Notes under the pieces: model-generated
What the model was told of the DNA's origin: nothing
Seen by the model: only the letters and a program-made list of their open reading frames with translations
Database searches by the model: none
Assembly: GCA_965205505.1 (NCBI GenBank)
Contig: CBDBHB010000008.1
Span: forward strand, 768,001-832,000
DNA: 64,000 nt
Direction: 5' to 3'
Source of the DNA: Acidobacteriota bacterium
Lineage (GTDB): Bacteria > Acidobacteriota > UBA890 > WLXD01
Shown: one piece after another, positions 60,309-64,000 of the stretch
Numbering within the stretch: the stretch's first letter is position 1
Layout of the letters: each line of letters opens with the position of its first letter
Translations under genes and position numbers: made by a program

Positions 60309-60652
60309 CTATGCCCTCCATGCTGGTCAGAGACAACGCTCCCCCCAACGTCAACAACGGTTTGTAGCACTCTCGCTGCCCCGAGGGTAGCATTTGGCCC
60401 ACTCAGCAGCGCAGGCGCGTGGGTTCCCTGTTAGGCGCTGAGGGTGCCTGTGGGACCGGTTACTACAATCAGGCCGGCGGAGGCGCCCGCCGTGATGAGC
60501 AGTTGACGCAGCTCATTTAGCGCCGCGGTCAGCGCTTCGTATTGCGACGGGTCCACCGCCTTCCGCTCGTCCACTCACCTGACCCCGACTCGGCGATAGC
60601 GCGCGGCGCTCGAAAAACAACTCGCGGCCTGATAACCACGCCCCCGTCGGGG

Positions 60653-61216
60653 TCACGAATCAACCGCTTGCGGGTAGTCGATGCTGACGATCTCGAGGAC
60701 CGCATCGTCCCGCGGCAAGTGCGCCACCACCTCGTCTCCGGCGCGCGCCGAAAGCAGCGCCTTGGCCAGCGGCGATACCCAGCTGATACGACCTTCCGAC
60801 GGTTCAGCCTCGTCGACACCGACGATGGTGTACACACGCTCCTCGCCCTCCGAGTCCATCACGGTGACGGTGGCGCCGAAGCGCGCCCGGTCGCCATTCT
60901 GCTGCGCCGGATCGATCACCTCGAGGCCGGCTACCCGCTCGCCAAGCCAACGGATCTGTTCGTCGAGCTCGCGCAACCGATGCTGATCGGCGCGATGCTC
61001 GGCCTCCTCCTGTCGACCAGCCTCCACCCGACGCAACAACTCCGTAGCCAGCCGGGGGCGTTCCACGTCAGCCAGCATCGCGAGCTCCTGCCGTAGGCGA
61101 CGAGCACCCGATGGAGTGATGTAGTTCTTGACACCGGTGGGCAGCACGTTGCGAGGCCGAATCGAAACCTCGAGCCCAGGATCGAAGTCCGATTCCTTGG
61201 TGAACGCCTTGTTCAT
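60653..61216 (-). CDS. greB: GreA/GreB family transcription elongation factor
   Basis: MNKAFTKE, NYITPSG, RLRELDEQIRWL, FGATV, IVGVDE, ISWVSPLAKAL. Confidence 0.8.
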   Translation of the reverse strand: MNKAFTKESDFDPGLEVSIRPRNVLPTGVKNYITPSGARRLRQELAMLADVERPRLATELLRRVEAGRQEEAEHRADQHRLRELDEQIRWLGERVAGLEVIDPAQQNGDRARFGATVTVMDSEGEERVYTIVGVDEAEPSEGRISWVSPLAKALLSARAGDEVVAHLPRDDAVLEIVSIDYPQAVDS

Positions 61217-61248
61217 ATAGAAAGGATTGTAACCCACTGAAACGCTGT

Positions 61249-61334
61249 GACTTATGAATCCCAGGCAACCACAGGTTGCCAAGGAAAGCGCACCAGAGCG
61301 CGTTTTGGTTGCCCTGGGCAACCGAGGGGCAACC
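61249..61334. repeat. Five GGCAACC boxes in direct and inverted orientation; putative integrase att arm
   Basis: GGCAACC at 61264, 61317, 61328; GGTTGCC at 61274, 61307. Marks the change from housekeeping to accessory DNA. Confidence 0.6.
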
Positions 61335-61384
61335 AGACGGCGAGCACGCCCTAACCGGCTAGGAGACCACCATGCAGCTAGTCC

Positions 61385-61654
61385 ATGACGGACAGCCACC
61401 CACAGACACCGGAGCCATCCAAGCTCCACAACCAGCTTTCGAGCGAACTCAAAAGGAGCCTCGAGCAACTAACGGAGCCCGAAATCCAGCGGATCTGCAC
61501 AGCTATTGGTGACCTCGACGTCGAGTGGTTCGGGTCCACCTACAGGAACGGGATGCATAGGTTCATGACGACCTGGCACCTCATAGCGTTGCTCAGGGCG
61601 CTTCCCTCTCTGCCAACGTGGGTGAGACACGAGCACCCCATGGAATTACTGTAG
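61385..61654 (+). CDS. Hypothetical protein
   Basis: 89-aa ORF; no recognisable motif. Confidence 0.35.
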   Translation: MTDSHPQTPEPSKLHNQLSSELKRSLEQLTEPEIQRICTAIGDLDVEWFGSTYRNGMHRFMTTWHLIALLRALPSLPTWVRHEHPMELL

Positions 61655-61844
61655 GGCGGTGGAAGGTGAGAACCGTTGGATCTTGCGCGCTCTGACGATA
61701 GGCTTCACGGGCTCCCCACCCCGCAGCGGTAGCACCATGGAACCCGATACGCGAATAGGCCAGTCCGAGATCCTGTCCCGGTTCGGGTGCAGGCAGGATG
61801 GGGGTCGGGTGCCCCAGACACTGTCCTCCACTGGAGGTAACGAG

Positions 61845-62525
61845 ATGTCTAGCTCATTGGGACTCTGTCGCGGAACGATGCTCGTCGTCGCTACGCTCGC
61901 CTTCCTGATCTCCGCATCACCTTCTGTGCACGGCGGTACCGTCGAGAGGCAGCCTCTCTCGCAGGCGTTCGGCGGTTCCGACACCCAAGCCTTTGGCAAC
62001 TTTCGCCCTAAAGTTTCCATGAAGACACCCTTCAAGAGGCGCGGGCACATGCGCTGGGCCGATGGCTTTAGCTCGCCGCAGGGCGCTGGTGACTCACCGT
62101 GGGGGATTGAGCACGGCGGCATCGATTTCTTCACCAAGAAGGACAAAGCGCCGTTCATAGCGGTCTTTCCTGGCCGTGTGCTATTTGTCCACACGGCAGA
62201 ACAGCCGTTTGGCTGGGCCGTCAACGTCCTGCTCGAGTTCGACGAAGTCTTCATGGCAGAGTATGGCTTTGAGCCCCAGAGTCCGGGGGACGCTCCTCTG
62301 CAGACCCAGCTTGGATTGATGCGGGTTGCCGAGGGAGACCAAGTCAAGCGGGGACAGATTCTCGGATATCTGCATCGCCCGAATGAAGACTCCCATGTCC
62401 ATTTCGGCTTCATTGAGAACTTCACCCACATCTGCCCGGAGCCGTTCTTCAAGAAGAAGGCCGTCAAGAAGATCATGAAGATTCTACGGAAGACCTGGGA
62501 CAAGGATGTGAAAATGTGCTATTGA
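61845..62525 (+). CDS. Secreted M23 peptidase-like protein
   Basis: GGAGG RBS, signal peptide, HGGIDF (HxxxD), VAEGDQVKRGQILG, HVHF (HxH). Confidence 0.75.
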   Translation: MSSSLGLCRGTMLVVATLAFLISASPSVHGGTVERQPLSQAFGGSDTQAFGNFRPKVSMKTPFKRRGHMRWADGFSSPQGAGDSPWGIEHGGIDFFTKKDKAPFIAVFPGRVLFVHTAEQPFGWAVNVLLEFDEVFMAEYGFEPQSPGDAPLQTQLGLMRVAEGDQVKRGQILGYLHRPNEDSHVHFGFIENFTHICPEPFFKKKAVKKIMKILRKTWDKDVKMCY

Positions 62526-62597
62526 AGACTTCCTTGTTGCTGGCCAAACGGGACGCTCGGCTCTGATTTAATGACCTTGCCCCGCTTTCCCGGACAC

Positions 62598-63593
62598 TTA
62601 GTTAAGATCCATTGTCGTAGTCGTATTAGCGGCTGTGGGAGCTGTTGGCAACGCGGAGCGTTGTCCAAGCGACGGTGGAAATCGGGAGTCGATTTCCACG
62701 GGCGCGTCAGCTTCCACAGCTGATTGGCCGCTCTGGCCTGGCCGCCGCATTGCCGCCTCGAACTGAGCCGGACTCTGGTCTCCGATCGAGGTGTGCATGC
62801 GAGCCCGGTTGTAGAACACTTCGATGTAGTAGAACAACTCGGCTCGGGCCGCCGCCCGGGAACTGAAGCAGCCACCGAGTTGGAACTTCAGGGTAGAGAA
62901 GAAACTCTCCATCGGCGCGTTATCCCAGCAGTCTCCTTTCCTGCTCATGCTGATGGTGAAGCCACGGTCACGCAGCTTGTCTAGGTAATCGTCGCTGCTG
63001 TACTGGCTGCCGCGGTCGCTGTGATGGAGCACTCCGGAACCGGGACGGCGTTGCTCCAAGGCCTAATCCAGGACCGCCAGCGTCAAATCGTCCGTCATCG
63101 TCTCGCTCACCGCCCAGCCGATGATCCGTCGCGAGCACAGATCCATCACCACGGCCAGGTATAGCCATCCTTCCTGCGTCCACAGGTATGTCAGGTCGCC
63201 CACCCAGACGCTGTCCACGGCATCCACCGTGAAGCGCCGTGCCAGCACGTTGGGCGCCGCTGACCGGCCAGGTGTGGGCCGTGTTGTCACCCGGAACCGA
63301 CGGGGTTGGCGAGCTCGAAGTCCTTCCTGGCGCATCAGCCGAGCTACCCGCTTGCGAGAGCAGCGGATCCCTCGTTGCCGAAGTTGCTTGTGGATGCGCG
63401 GACTTCCGTAACGGTCGCGGCTCTCTCGGAATGCAGCTCTGATCTGCACACGTAGACGGCGATCTTCTCGCGCTCTCGGGCTCGGCCCCCTTCCTCGCCA
63501 CTCGTAGTAACCGCCGTGAGACACCTCGAGCATCTTGCACAACCGCCGCACCGGGAACTTGCCGGACAGTTGCTTGATGATCGGGTACTTCAT
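62598..63593 (-). CDS. IS3 transposase OrfB (DDE), interrupted by an in-frame TAG at 63063-63065
   Basis: YGSPR, WVGDLTY, YLAVVMDLCSRRIIGW, HHSDRGSQY, MSRKGDCWDNAPMESFF, FYNRARMH. Confidence 0.9.
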
Positions 63594-63883
63594 CGCGGGC
63601 GTTCCGAGAAGATCGCCAACGCTTTTTTTAGAATGTCGCGCTCCTGCCGTACTCGCCGCAGGTCCCGCCGTAGCTGTTGCCCGTCCAGGTCCTGGTCGGG
63701 CATCTTCCCCGCGCCCGGAAACGCCGTGACCCCCTGCTCCTGGAGCTGTTTGCGCCACTTGGTCAACATGCCGCGGCCAACACCCAGATCCCGGGCCACC
63801 TCAGACACCGGATGGCCCAGCTGCGTCACCATCCTCACTGCCTCAATCTTGAACTCGCGACTGTACCGCCGTCGTGACCCCAT
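63590..63883 (-). CDS. IS3 transposase OrfA (HTH) with A-AAA-AAG -1 frameshift site
   Basis: RRYSREFKIEAV...VARDLGV...ERDILKKA; CTAAAAAAAG on the minus strand near 63622-63631. Confidence 0.95.
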   Translation of the reverse strand: MGSRRRYSREFKIEAVRMVTQLGHPVSEVARDLGVGRGMLTKWRKQLQEQGVTAFPGAGKMPDQDLDGQQLRRDLRRVRQERDILKKALAIFSERPR

Positions 63884-64000
63884 GCTTCACCTCCGAGCCC
63901 ATTATCGGGCTTCCAAAGGTGTCCGGGAAATCGGGGGAGGCCCATAACGCCATCAATGGACCGATCTCTAAGGGAGGCGATTCAGATGTCTAGGAGAGAA

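Larger units (their letters stand above)
62572..63944 (-). mobile_element. Complete IS3-family insertion sequence (1373 bp) with TAA target duplication
   Basis: 26-bp imperfect IRs TGACCTTGCCCCGCTTTCCCGGACAC / GTGTCCGGGAAATCGGGGGAGGCCCA (TG...CA ends); TAA on both flanks; orfA and orfB inside. Confidence 0.95.

Overview
High-GC bacterial chromosomal window. Many secreted peptidases and beta-propeller proteins, plus a remnant of a Ser/Thr-kinase start, suggest Acidobacteriota or Gemmatimonadota (inference only). Layout: (1) 1-18.9 kb has secreted hydrolases (LVIVD protein, M14 peptidase, signal-peptide-bearing N,N-dimethylformamidase large subunit, DUF1080), an SSS transporter, a damaged two-component system, a 271-bp MITE, a K+ channel with a separate cNMP-domain gene, cspA and an ECF/anti-sigma operon. 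(2) 19.2-32.2 kb has a Tat-exported xanthine-dehydrogenase-family molybdoenzyme with a cytochrome b anchor, a PGM1-like ATP-grasp ligase and a cobalamin methyl-transfer module; its three enzymes carry poly-Arg tails while the corrinoid protein has an acidic N-terminus. (3) 36.9-48.6 kb is an integrase-less mosaic island built from several families of short recurrent sequences (a double-hairpin repeat x3 and re-used gene-start fragments coupled to upstream stop codons), with XRE regulators, paralogous small genes, an HD-GYP/hybrid-kinase pair and AT-rich iteron-like repeats. This is the best candidate for an undescribed system. (4) 48.7-61.2 kb has peptidases, transporters, an aminotransferase, a DEAD-box helicase, a desaturase and GreB. 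(5) From 61.25 kb there is an att-like GGCAACC repeat cluster, cargo genes and a complete IS3-family element containing a structured three-way-junction motif. About ten frameshifts or in-frame TAG codons occur, several at homopolymers, so many apparent pseudogenes may be long-read consensus errors. No rRNA, complete tRNA or CRISPR array was recognised. All family assignments come from motif recognition by eye; no database search was run.
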